In this document: piece by piece, positions 1 through 7,673 of the stretch
Position numbering within the stretch: the stretch's first letter is position 1
Layout of the letters: every line of letters begins with the position of its first letter
Source of the DNA: a virus
Taxonomy: Duplodnaviria; Caudoviricetes
Virus record (IMG/VR): IMGVR_UViG_3300008255_000463
Span: 1 to 24,245 of that record
Direction: 5' to 3' (one strand)
DNA: 24,245 nt
Program-made: the position numbers and the translations under genes
The notes under the pieces: model-generated
Seen by the model: the letters and a program-made list of their open reading frames with translations, nothing else
Database searches by the model: none
What the model was told of the DNA's origin: nothing

Positions 1-440
1 AACGCGGCCCGCAGCTTGTCCTTCTTTGTGGTCCCTTTCTCGAAGGTCATTTTGGTCGCAAGCAGGTCGGCAATGGTTTCGTCCAAGCGGGACATACCGG
101 GCGCGGCGCTTGCCCGCGAAGTCCATTCCCCGCTTTGCAGGGCATCAACCCGTTTTTGCATAAGCGCCGCCCCATACTCCGCAATCCGCATACCATTGGA
201 CGTGGCCCAAGTCTTACGCGCTGCCGCCGACAATTTCGCCCAATCCGGCTCGTCATCCTTGCGGGCAATTTCATACGCGCCGCTTGCAGCCGCGCTTGCG
301 GCGTCCGAGACCGTCTGCTTGATACCGTGCAGAACCGCTTGTGCGATCACTTCGGGAGAAAGCCCCGCAATCGGGACCGGCAATTCTTCGCCACGCGCTT
401 GCACGACGAAGGACTCGGGAAGGGTGATAGTGATTTCCAT
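1..440 (-). CDS. Hypothetical phage protein, probably early; runs off the window edge (MEITITLPESFVVQARGEELPVPIAGLSPEVIAQAVLHGIKQTVSDAAS...)
   Basis: Hand translation of the minus strand from ATG at 440 is open to position 1 (>146 codons). It has an SD-like GGAG upstream (tGGAGtcaaacca-ATG). It is missing from the ORF track because it has no stop in the window. Confidence 0.8.
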   Translation of the reverse strand, partial: MEITITLPESFVVQARGEELPVPIAGLSPEVIAQAVLHGIKQTVSDAASAAASGAYEIARKDDEPDWAKLSAAARKTWATSNGMRIAEYGAALMQKRVDALQSGEWTSRASAAPGMSRLDETIADLLATKMTFEKGTTKKDKLRAA

Positions 441-465
441 TGGTTTGACTCCATTTTAAAGTGAC

Positions 466-520
466 ACAGGATAGTGTCGCAATGCGCCGCCGCAACGGCG
501 CATGTCGCCATTATCCCTGT
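466..520 (-). other. Long imperfect RNA hairpin between two leftward genes (candidate RNase III processing site or attenuator)
   Basis: Perfect 8-bp core ATGCGCCG(482-489)/CGGCGCAT(496-503), extended imperfectly by ACAGGATAG(466-474) pairing with TTATCCCTGT(511-520). No U-tract directly follows. Confidence 0.5.
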
Positions 521-699
521 CTGTTTCTATACACAAGGCAAAGCGCGACCGACGTGCCCGGCCCGTCCCAGCCCATGTAATAGACTTCGTATTCAGATTT
601 TACCGTGCCGACTTCATAGAAAGACGCGGCGGCATGGAAAGCAGCGTCGCTTATTTCTTCAAATTCATCCGAGTCTTTCCACCATACCAAATATTTCAT
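511..699 (-). CDS. Small acidic hypothetical phage protein, 62 aa (MKYLVWWKDSDEFEEISDAAFHAAASFYEV...)
   Basis: ATG at 699 has a strong SD (AAGGAGtcaacaga-ATG) and lies directly downstream of the leftward promoter. The ORF-track start at 744 lacks an SD. Confidence 0.75.
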   Translation of the reverse strand: MKYLVWWKDSDEFEEISDAAFHAAASFYEVGTVKSEYEVYYMGWDGPGTSVALCLVYRNRQG

Positions 700-755
700 T
701 CTGTTGACTCCTTGTCTTGCGGCCTTGCGCCGCCCCGTGCCCAATGCACAATTTA

Positions 756-784
756 AGATTGGACTCGCCCGGTGGCAATGTCAA
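756..784 (-). promoter_or_regulatory. Sigma70-type leftward promoter
   Basis: Minus strand reads TTGACA (784-779), 17-bp spacer, CAATCT (761-756): perfect -35, optimal spacing, and a -10 with the conserved A and final T. It sits about 55 nt upstream of the ATG at 699. Confidence 0.65.
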
Positions 785-831
785 CCCACCTTGCGCCATA
801 TTTGAACCATACTTGCGTGCATCCACGCACA

Positions 832-883
832 TTCCCTGCTTGCAATTATGCACGGGCGCACCACGCCCCGCGCTTCCCTGCTT
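832..883. repeat. 10-bp direct repeat TTCCCTGCTT x2
   Basis: Copies at 832-841 and 874-883 in the divergent intergenic region. Confidence 0.55.
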
Positions 884-993
884 CCACAATCCGACCCCCA
901 CCCCCAGCCTTGTCCGCAACGCGGACCCCTTTCGCTGACCCGGCGGCCCTCCTTCCCCCCTGGACCCCCCTCCGGAAATTTCTTCCATTTCCA

Positions 994-1034
994 GCCCAGC
1001 CATACCTGATATGGTCCGAAGGCCCAGCCATACC
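994..1034. repeat. 13-bp direct repeat GCCCAGCCATACC x2 upstream of the putative terS
   Basis: Exact copies at 994-1006 and 1022-1034 (28-bp period). Confidence 0.65.
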
Positions 1035-1080
1035 ACCACAAATCCCTTGCGGCGTGAAACGTCTCGTGTTATGGGGGGGC

Positions 1081-1659
1081 ATGGACCTGAATCTTGATAT
1101 CGCCGCGATGACCCGGCCCGGTAGGAAGCCAGCTCCGCTCCACGCGCACGTAGTTCGTGAACTGGAGTCTGCGGACCTTGCCGCACTCGCGGCGCCTCGG
1201 AACACGGAACCGGCCGAGTTGAAGCGGCTTTCCGAGCGGCACCACGCCCTGGCCCGGTCGCTCGCAAGCGGGATGAGTGAGGCCGAGGCCGCCGCCCTTA
1301 CCGGATACGACCTCTCCCGCGTTAGCAACCTCAAGCGCAGCCCCGCCTTCCAAGAACTTCTGGCCCTCTACCGGGATCGGAGGGACGCCGAATTTGCGGA
1401 GATGCACGCTATGCTTGCGGGCCTGAGCAAAGATGCCGCCCTGGAGTTGCGCACCCGGCTCGAGGACAGCCCCGGAGAAATCACCCTCCCCCAACTCCTC
1501 GACATTCTCAAGATGGGCGCGGACCGCACAGGCTTCGGCCCCACCTCGAAGCAGGAGACCACTGTGCGAGTGGACCTCTCGACCCGGCTGGAAGCCGCAC
1601 GGACCCGAGCCCGCATTGCGCAGGGCGATATCATTGATGTGACACCGGAGGCTGATTGA
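1081..1659 (+). CDS. terS: Putative terminase small subunit (HTH DNA-binding protein), 192 aa
   Basis: Lies upstream of TerL. HTH-like segment RHHALARSLASGMSEAEAAALTGYDLSRVSNLKRSPAFQELL, helical middle and C-terminal 'IIDVTPE' tail typical of TerS. Start set at ATG 1081 because the upstream 772-1080 extension is Pro-rich and looks non-coding. Confidence 0.65.
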   Translation: MDLNLDIAAMTRPGRKPAPLHAHVVRELESADLAALAAPRNTEPAELKRLSERHHALARSLASGMSEAEAAALTGYDLSRVSNLKRSPAFQELLALYRDRRDAEFAEMHAMLAGLSKDAALELRTRLEDSPGEITLPQLLDILKMGADRTGFGPTSKQETTVRVDLSTRLEAARTRARIAQGDIIDVTPEAD

Positions 1660-1751
1660 TGTTTGACATGAGGGGGTTTGGCGCGGTCATTGTAGCAATG
1701 ATCCTCTTTTGGGCCGCAGTTGCATTCGGGCTCGGGGCCTGGCTTTTCTGA
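1659..1751 (+). CDS. 30-aa single-pass membrane micropeptide (MFDMRGFGAVIVAMILFWAAVAFGLGAWLF)
   Basis: Fills the gap between terS and terL exactly, with TGATG stop/start overlaps at both ends (1657-1661 and 1749-1753). Uninterrupted hydrophobic stretch of about 24 aa. Too short for the ORF track. Confidence 0.7.
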   Translation: MFDMRGFGAVIVAMILFWAAVAFGLGAWLF

Positions 1752-3256
1752 TGGACGAGGGCCTCACCCCGCTCGACCTCGAACTGATCGAGGAACTCGG
1801 TTCCTTCGCCTACGATCCTCTCGGCTTTGCTCGCTGGGCCTTCCCCTGGGGCGAGCCGGGAACCGAACTCTACAAATTCAAAGAGCCCTACAAATGGCAA
1901 TGCCTGTATTTGGAAGAGGTAGGCGACGCCCTACGCTCGGGCCGCCCCGCCCTTATGGCCACCACCTCGGGCCACGGAACCGGCAAATCCGCCCTCAACG
2001 GGATGGAAACGTGGTGGGGCTTTTCAACTCGGGCCGGCACTCGCGGAGTCATCACCGCTAACACGGACAACCAACTCCGCACCAAAACTTGGGTCGAGAT
2101 GGCGAAGTGGCATCGCCTCTTCATCGCCAAGCACCTCTTCAAATACACAGCCACCGCCCTCTTCTCCATCGACGAGGAGCGCAGCAAAGAGTGGCGGATC
2201 GACATGGTGCCTTGGTCCGAACGTAACACAGAGGCGTTCGCCGGACTGCACAACTCCGGGGGCCGCATTCTCATCCTCTTCGACGAGGCCTCGGCAATCC
2301 CCGACATCATTTGGGAAACTACCGAGGGGGCGCTCACCGACGCGGATACCGAAATCCTGTGGAGTGTGAAGGGAAACCCCACTCGAAATAAAGGCCGCTT
2401 CCGCGAGTGCTTTCCCGGCGGCGCATTCGAGCATCGCTGGATGTCTCGCGAAATAGACTCCCGCTCCGTCCCCGGCACTAACAAAGAACAGATCGAAGCG
2501 TGGAAGCAGGACTACGGTGAAGACTCCGACTTTTTCCGCATCCGCGTCCTTGGCAAATTCCCGCGTCAAGATCAGAACTCCTTCATCCCTCTTGAACTGG
2601 CCCGCGAAGCTGCAGCCCGCATACCGCAGCAGGACATCGGCCAACCGGTCGTCCTCGGTGTAGACGTAGGGCGCTTCGGAGACGACCCCTCCTGCATCTA
2701 CCCCCGCCAAGGCTACGATGCGAAATCACGCAAGCCAGAGCTCTACCTAGGGCTGAACCTCATCCAACTCGCGGATCGGGTCTGCCGCGCTCGAGCCCTG
2801 CACTCAGCCACAATCATCTTCGTAGACGAGGGCGGTGTCGGGGCGGGCCTCGTAGACATCCTCCTTGACCGGGCCGAGCCCGTAATCGGCGTTGACTTCG
2901 GTTCCCGTGCCGATCAATCTAACTCTCGTGATCCACTGACCCGCTACGCGAACAAGCGCGCGGAAATGTGGGGCGGGCTGCGCGATGCTCTCCCCCACCT
3001 CGCCATTCACGACAAAATCCCCGAGCAAGAGCAGTCCCTCGTAGACGAACTCACCTCCCCCTCCTACGACTACAATATCCGCGAACATATCGTCCTCGAG
3101 TCTAAAAAAGATATGAAGCGTCGAGGCATTCCCTCTCCCAACGTCGCAGACGCCCTCGCCCTTACCTACGCCTATCCCTCCTTCACTATTTCCGACTCCA
3201 TCCCCATCCGCGCCATCGAACACGATTACAACCCCTATGCAGATGAAAGGCTCTAA
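1751..3256 (+). CDS. terL: Terminase large subunit, 501 aa
   Basis: Walker A TSGHGTGKS, Walker B ILILFDEAS, motif III-like GNPT, RNase H-like nuclease LGVDVGRFGDD ... SPNVADALAL. N-terminal 'DPLGFARWAFPWG' resembles APSE/BPP-1-type TerL. Confidence 0.95.
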   Translation: MDEGLTPLDLELIEELGSFAYDPLGFARWAFPWGEPGTELYKFKEPYKWQCLYLEEVGDALRSGRPALMATTSGHGTGKSALNGMETWWGFSTRAGTRGVITANTDNQLRTKTWVEMAKWHRLFIAKHLFKYTATALFSIDEERSKEWRIDMVPWSERNTEAFAGLHNSGGRILILFDEASAIPDIIWETTEGALTDADTEILWSVKGNPTRNKGRFRECFPGGAFEHRWMSREIDSRSVPGTNKEQIEAWKQDYGEDSDFFRIRVLGKFPRQDQNSFIPLELAREAAARIPQQDIGQPVVLGVDVGRFGDDPSCIYPRQGYDAKSRKPELYLGLNLIQLADRVCRARALHSATIIFVDEGGVGAGLVDILLDRAEPVIGVDFGSRADQSNSRDPLTRYANKRAEMWGGLRDALPHLAIHDKIPEQEQSLVDELTSPSYDYNIREHIVLESKKDMKRRGIPSPNVADALALTYAYPSFTISDSIPIRAIEHDYNPYADERL

Positions 3257-3258
3257 CC

Positions 3259-3453
3259 ATGGCTATGCGTCAGCCCAAAATCCCTAGGCCCACCCCTGCG
3301 CCTACATCTCCAGTCGCCGCAGGCGCACCCAACACAGCATCCCCCTCTCAAGGCCTGGGCCAAGCTTTCTCCGGCTTTAGCTTCGCCCCGCGCCTTTCCG
3401 CCTTCGCGGCTAATCGCTCGGGCCGCCGTTCACTTCTCGGTGGGGGAGCCTGA
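3259..3453 (+). CDS. Small Pro/Ala-rich pre-portal protein, 64 aa
   Basis: Fits between TerL and portal. The C-terminal 'RRSLLGG' is typical of the small protein preceding the portal in T7/BPP-1-like podoviruses. Confidence 0.75.
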   Translation: MAMRQPKIPRPTPAPTSPVAAGAPNTASPSQGLGQAFSGFSFAPRLSAFAANRSGRRSLLGGGA

Positions 3454-3454
3454 A

Positions 3455-5116
3455 ATGCAGATCGCGGCAGAAACCTACAAAAACCTCAACGACCGCATGT
3501 CTCACATGGACAAAGTGCGAGCCCCGTGGTGGTCCAACTGGCGCGACATTTCCGACTTCTTCCTCCCCCGCCGCTACCCCTGGCTCCTCACCGACAAGGA
3601 GGTAAAATCCGCCGGTGTCCGCAATGCGCGCCTTCTGGACTCCACCTCTATCACCGCCCTGCGCACCCTAGCCACAGGCATGATGAACGGCATCACCTCC
3701 CCGGCTCGACCATGGTTCCGCCTCCGCATCGCAGGCTTTTCCGAAGAGAGCACCGCTCACGCGGTTCGAGTGTGGCTGGACGAAGCCTCCCGGCGAATGC
3801 TACTTGTGATGGCCGAGTCCAATTTCTACAACGGCCTCGGCATTCTCTACCTCGAATGGTGCGCCTTCGGCACCGCAGCCATGTCCATCTACGAAGACTC
3901 CCGCGACATCATTCGCACCTTCAACCATGCAGTCGGGGAGTTCTATCTCGAAACCGATGCAATGGGCCGCATTTCTGCCTTCTCCCGCAAATTCCGCCTC
4001 ACTGTCGAGCAAACCGTGAAGGAGTTCGGCATAGAGGATGTCTCTCAATCCGTGAAAGCCGACTACGTTGCGGGAGGAGTTCGCCGCTTCAATCTCGTCT
4101 ACATATCTCACCTCATCGAGCGGAACGATCAGACGGTGCCCGGTGTCCGCGCTAGTGCCGATTGGCGCGAGTTCTACTGGCAAATCGGCGGAGACACCAA
4201 TCTTGCTCTCCGCATAGGCTCCCTCGACGAATTACCACCAATCTGCCCACGCTGGGAAACCTATGCAGATGATGTCTATGGCTCTTCCCCCTGCATGGAC
4301 GCTGCGCCAGACGTGCGCCAACTTCAGCAGATGGTCAAGCGTCGAGGTCAAGGCCTGGACAAGCTTGTCGATCCTCCGATGCTCATGAACAAAAAGCTAG
4401 CATCGCAGCCCAAGTCCACCCTCCCCGGCGGCGTCACCTATGTCCCAGGTGGTGAACTGGGCGAGGGCGCTCGGCCCCTCTACCAAATCTCCTTCCCCTT
4501 CCAAGAGCTAAACATGGACATCGCCACTACCCAGGCGCGCATTCGACAAGTCCTCTTCAACGATCTCTTCCGCATGATATCCGAATTGGAAACCGTGCGC
4601 TCGGCCACCGAAATCGACGCGCGGCGGGAGGAAAAACTTGTCTTGCTGGGCCCCGTGCTGGAAAGATTTGAAAGCGAAGGCCTCGCTCCCTGTATCGAGC
4701 GCATCTTCCGCATCTGCGAACGCACCGGCGTATTTCCTCCGGCCCCGCCCGAGCTAGAAAACCTCGATATTCAAATTCAATACGTCTCCGTCCTCTCCGA
4801 CGCCCAACGCGCTGTCGGCACCGTCTCCATCGAGCGCTATCTGCAACTCATCGGTAACATGGCTTCCATCTTCCCCGAGGCGCTGGAAATCCCCAACCCC
4901 GAGGAGATCATCCGCGAGTATGCGGAAGCGATTGGCGTCTCACCCAAGTTGAACCGCTCGCGCGAAGAAGCACAGGACATTCGGGACGCTCGCGAGCAGG
5001 AGCAACAAATCTCCCAGGCGGCGGAGCAGGGTCAGGCCCTCATCGGCGGGGCCGAGCAACTTTCCAACACTCAAGTGGGCGGCGGACAAAATGCCCTCCA
5101 AGCCCTGCTAGGATAA
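3455..5116 (+). CDS. Portal protein (head-to-tail connector, T7 gp8/Bbp21-like), 553 aa
   Basis: Motifs DSTSITALRTLATGMMNGITSPARPWFRL, YGSSPCMDAAPDVRQLQ, RSATEIDARREEKLVLLGPVLERF. ATG 3455 follows SD GGGGGAG. Confidence 0.93.
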   Translation: MQIAAETYKNLNDRMSHMDKVRAPWWSNWRDISDFFLPRRYPWLLTDKEVKSAGVRNARLLDSTSITALRTLATGMMNGITSPARPWFRLRIAGFSEESTAHAVRVWLDEASRRMLLVMAESNFYNGLGILYLEWCAFGTAAMSIYEDSRDIIRTFNHAVGEFYLETDAMGRISAFSRKFRLTVEQTVKEFGIEDVSQSVKADYVAGGVRRFNLVYISHLIERNDQTVPGVRASADWREFYWQIGGDTNLALRIGSLDELPPICPRWETYADDVYGSSPCMDAAPDVRQLQQMVKRRGQGLDKLVDPPMLMNKKLASQPKSTLPGGVTYVPGGELGEGARPLYQISFPFQELNMDIATTQARIRQVLFNDLFRMISELETVRSATEIDARREEKLVLLGPVLERFESEGLAPCIERIFRICERTGVFPPAPPELENLDIQIQYVSVLSDAQRAVGTVSIERYLQLIGNMASIFPEALEIPNPEEIIREYAEAIGVSPKLNRSREEAQDIRDAREQEQQISQAAEQGQALIGGAEQLSNTQVGGGQNALQALLG

Positions 5117-5119
5117 TCC

Positions 5120-5461
5120 ATGTCTCAACGCGCTTACTCCCGCCTGCTAGGCCGTTATGCGAAAGAAGACCTCGCTCTCTTTCAAGAGGCCGTCGATCGC
5201 ATTCACGCCTCGAAAGGCCTCCGCCTACTCCTCTATCGCTTCTTCGAGGATTGCGGTATGGCTCAATCCCCGTTCAATCCTGACCCCTTGACAACGGCGC
5301 GGAATTGCGGGAAATTGGAAGCGGCAATGACCCTCCGCGACCTTATCGAGTCCATCGACCCCGACCTACCCGCTGCCCTTCACAAGGAGATAACCGACTA
5401 TGACCGATCCCGTTCAGACCAGCTTGATCAGCGACTCGACAACCTCGACGAATACTCCTGA
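5120..5461 (+). CDS. Bbp19-like phage protein, 113 aa
   Basis: Located between portal and scaffold. Pattern 'GLRLLLYRFFEDCGMAQSPFNPDPLTTARNCGK' resembles the Bbp19 family. Confidence 0.7.
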   Translation: MSQRAYSRLLGRYAKEDLALFQEAVDRIHASKGLRLLLYRFFEDCGMAQSPFNPDPLTTARNCGKLEAAMTLRDLIESIDPDLPAALHKEITDYDRSRSDQLDQRLDNLDEYS

Positions 5462-6059
5462 TCCGGCCACCACGCCGCCTCCGAATAATCCCGAAGCGGC
5501 TCCCGATCCGGCTCCTGCAGACCCCACCACTGCAGTCGAGACGGGTAGCGCGGCAGCGGATGCTGAAGGGCCATCCGAGGCCGAGCCGACACCTCTGGCT
5601 CTCGAAGACATCGTCCTCCCCGATGGATTTGAGATGCCAGAGGAAGTTGGCAATTCCTTCCTCGCCCTCATCAATTCCCCGCCTGAGTCGCGGACCGAAT
5701 TTGCCAATTCCCTCATTGGCATCCACACCTCCCTCCTCGAATCTGTTGCGGGCGAATACGCACAGCAATGGGAGACTACCCAGGAACAATGGCGCACCGA
5801 GGTGCAAAATCTTCCTGAAATTGGCGGACAAAATCTCCAGACTTCCTTGGCCGAAATTGCCAAAGTGCTGGACCGCTACGGCGACAAAGAGGCGCGAGAC
5901 GCACTCGCAATGACCGGCGCGGGCAACCACCCCGCACTCGTTCGACTCTTTCACAAAATCGCCAGAGACGTGAATGAAAAAATTCCGGTCACGGGAGCGT
6001 CTCCAACGGGCGCTTTGAAGGATCGGGCAACCCGCATGTTTGGCAATTCTGAAGGATAA
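5400..6059 (+). CDS. Capsid scaffolding protein, 219 aa
   Basis: SD AAGGAG upstream. Acidic Pro/Thr/Ala-rich disordered N-terminus, helical core with 'GAGNHPALVRLFHKI', directly upstream of the major capsid gene. Confidence 0.85.
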   Translation: MTDPVQTSLISDSTTSTNTPDPATTPPPNNPEAAPDPAPADPTTAVETGSAAADAEGPSEAEPTPLALEDIVLPDGFEMPEEVGNSFLALINSPPESRTEFANSLIGIHTSLLESVAGEYAQQWETTQEQWRTEVQNLPEIGGQNLQTSLAEIAKVLDRYGDKEARDALAMTGAGNHPALVRLFHKIARDVNEKIPVTGASPTGALKDRATRMFGNSEG

Positions 6060-6065
6060 CACTCC

Positions 6066-7058
6066 ATGCCCGCAGCAAACAATCCCACCCTGCTCGACAT
6101 CACTCGAGCCCAGGACCCAGACGGCAAAATCGCAGCCGTTGCGGAAATCCTGACTGAAACGAACGAGATGCTTCTCGACATTCCGTTCATGGAGGGCAAC
6201 CTCGCCACCGGCCACCGCACCACAATTCGGACGGGCATTCCCGAGCCGACCTGGCGCATGTTCTACGGCGGCGTCCAGCCCACCAAATCGACTCGCGCCC
6301 AGATCACCGACAACACCGCCATGCTTGAAGCGTATGCGGAAGTCGATAAGGCGCTGGCTGATCTCAACGGCAACACCGCCGCTTTCCGCTTGTCGGAAGA
6401 CTACGCCCACCTCGAAGGCATGGCGCAAGCCGCGCAGCAAGCCTTCATCTACGGTAACGAGGCCGAAAACCCGGATCAGTTCAACGGGCTGGCGCCTCGC
6501 TTCAACTCCCTCTCCGCTGGCAACTCCGACAACATTCTCGACGCCGGCGGCCAAAGCACCGACAACGCTTCCATCTATCTCGTAGTCTGGGGGCCGAATA
6601 CCGTCCACGGCATTTATCCAAAAGGCCTGACTGGCGGCTTGCAAATGCAGGACCTCGGAGAAGTCACCATCGAGAACGTCGATGGGGCGAATGGCCGGAT
6701 GCAGGGTTATCGCACCCACTACGACTGGCGTCTGGGACTCTGCGTCCGCGACTGGCGCTACGTCGTTCGCATCTGCAACATCGACCGTTCGCTTCTCTCC
6801 GCCACCCTCACCACCGGCGCTAATCTGCCGGAGTTGATGTTCGAAGCCGTTGAGCGCCTCCCCTCCATGTCGGCCGGAAACGCTGTCTGGTATATGGATC
6901 GCTCGATCCGCACCAAGCTGCGTCAGCAACTCGCGCACGGAGTGAAGCAATCGACACTGACCGTCGAGCAAATTGGCGGCGTTCGCACCGTCTTGCACGA
7001 CGAAATCCCCATCCGCCGCGTTGACAAACTCGCTGTCAACGAAGCCCGCATCGTCTGA
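6066..7058 (+). CDS. Major capsid protein (Bbp17-like, HK97 fold), 330 aa
   Basis: Motifs EILTETNEMLLDIPFMEGN, MLEAYAEVDKALADLNGN, FIYGN...FNGLAPRF, SIYLVVWG, GLCVRDWRYVVRICNID; strong codon bias. Confidence 0.93.
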   Translation: MPAANNPTLLDITRAQDPDGKIAAVAEILTETNEMLLDIPFMEGNLATGHRTTIRTGIPEPTWRMFYGGVQPTKSTRAQITDNTAMLEAYAEVDKALADLNGNTAAFRLSEDYAHLEGMAQAAQQAFIYGNEAENPDQFNGLAPRFNSLSAGNSDNILDAGGQSTDNASIYLVVWGPNTVHGIYPKGLTGGLQMQDLGEVTIENVDGANGRMQGYRTHYDWRLGLCVRDWRYVVRICNIDRSLLSATLTTGANLPELMFEAVERLPSMSAGNAVWYMDRSIRTKLRQQLAHGVKQSTLTVEQIGGVRTVLHDEIPIRRVDKLAVNEARIV

Positions 7059-7071
7059 GGAGACCCAGCAA

Positions 7072-7509
7072 ATGCTTATCGACACTCGCACTACCTTCGC
7101 CTGGGCTACCGCGTTTCCCGGTATCGCAGGCTTAGCCGGCACGGCCAAGATCGGAGATGCGCTGGACCTCAGCGTCGTTTCCGACATGGGCGAAGGCTAT
7201 CCCATGTATCTGGTTATCCAGATGTCTACTGCGGCTGCAGGCGGCACTTCCGCTGCTTTCAACCTTGTCACCGCCGACAACGAGGCACTCACAACGAACC
7301 CTGTCACCCTCTTCTCGACCGGGCCCATTGTGACGGCTAGCCTTATCCTCAACGCTTCCGTGATCGTCATTGCGATCCCGAAGGCGGACTACAAGCGGTG
7401 GTTGGGCCTGACCATCACCGAGGTTGGCAACTTCACCACAGGCGCAATCCGCGCTTTCCTGACCCAAGACCCGCCCGCATGGCGCGCCTATGCTGAGGGT
7501 CTGAACTGA
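7072..7509 (+). CDS. Capsid cement/decoration protein (Bbp16-like), 145 aa
   Basis: SD GAGGAG then ATG 7072. Beta-rich, starts 'MLID', includes 'DMGEGYPMYLVIQ' and 'YKRWLGL...GNFTTGAIRAFLTQD'; follows the capsid gene as in BPP-1. Confidence 0.8.
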   Translation: MLIDTRTTFAWATAFPGIAGLAGTAKIGDALDLSVVSDMGEGYPMYLVIQMSTAAAGGTSAAFNLVTADNEALTTNPVTLFSTGPIVTASLILNASVIVIAIPKADYKRWLGLTITEVGNFTTGAIRAFLTQDPPAWRAYAEGLN

Positions 7510-7670
7510 TGCCCATGTATAAACTCGTGGGCCGCTACTGGGACGGCACTCGTCCGCATCCGGTCGGTGCTGTTATGGAGTTCGAGGAAGGAAAAGCGCC
7601 GAAGGGCTCGGTCTTGATCGAAGAGCCCCGGCCTGAGCCGGTGGCCAAACCGGCCAGCAAGAAGGACTAA
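7509..7670 (+). CDS. Small hypothetical virion-module protein, 53 aa (MPMYKLVGRYWDGTRPHPVGAVMEFEEGKAPKGSVLIEEPRPEPVAKPASKKD)
   Basis: TGATG overlap with the cement gene; TAA at 7668-7670 merges into the SD of the next gene. Not in the ORF track. Confidence 0.75.
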   Translation: MPMYKLVGRYWDGTRPHPVGAVMEFEEGKAPKGSVLIEEPRPEPVAKPASKKD

Positions 7671-7673
7671 GGA

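Noticed and set aside
16-464. Plus-strand ORFs 16-459 and 135-464
   Set aside because: Shadows of the minus-strand gene starting at 440, which has an SD and protein-like composition.
466-520. Hairpin as an intrinsic terminator
   Set aside because: No U-tract directly follows the stem on either strand; kept only as a candidate processing structure.
772-1080. N-terminal extension of the terS ORF (295-aa call)
   Set aside because: Pro-rich translation of C-rich regulatory DNA that overlaps the leftward promoter; ATG 1081 is the more plausible start.
6973-7072. Possible +1 frameshift fusing the capsid protein to the cement protein (T7 10A/10B-like)
   Set aside because: The frame is open, but I see no slippery sequence and the cement gene has its own strong SD and ATG at 7072.
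5343-7187. 614-aa minus-strand ORF
   Set aside because: Antisense shadow of the scaffold and capsid genes caused by codon bias; no recognisable motifs or SD.
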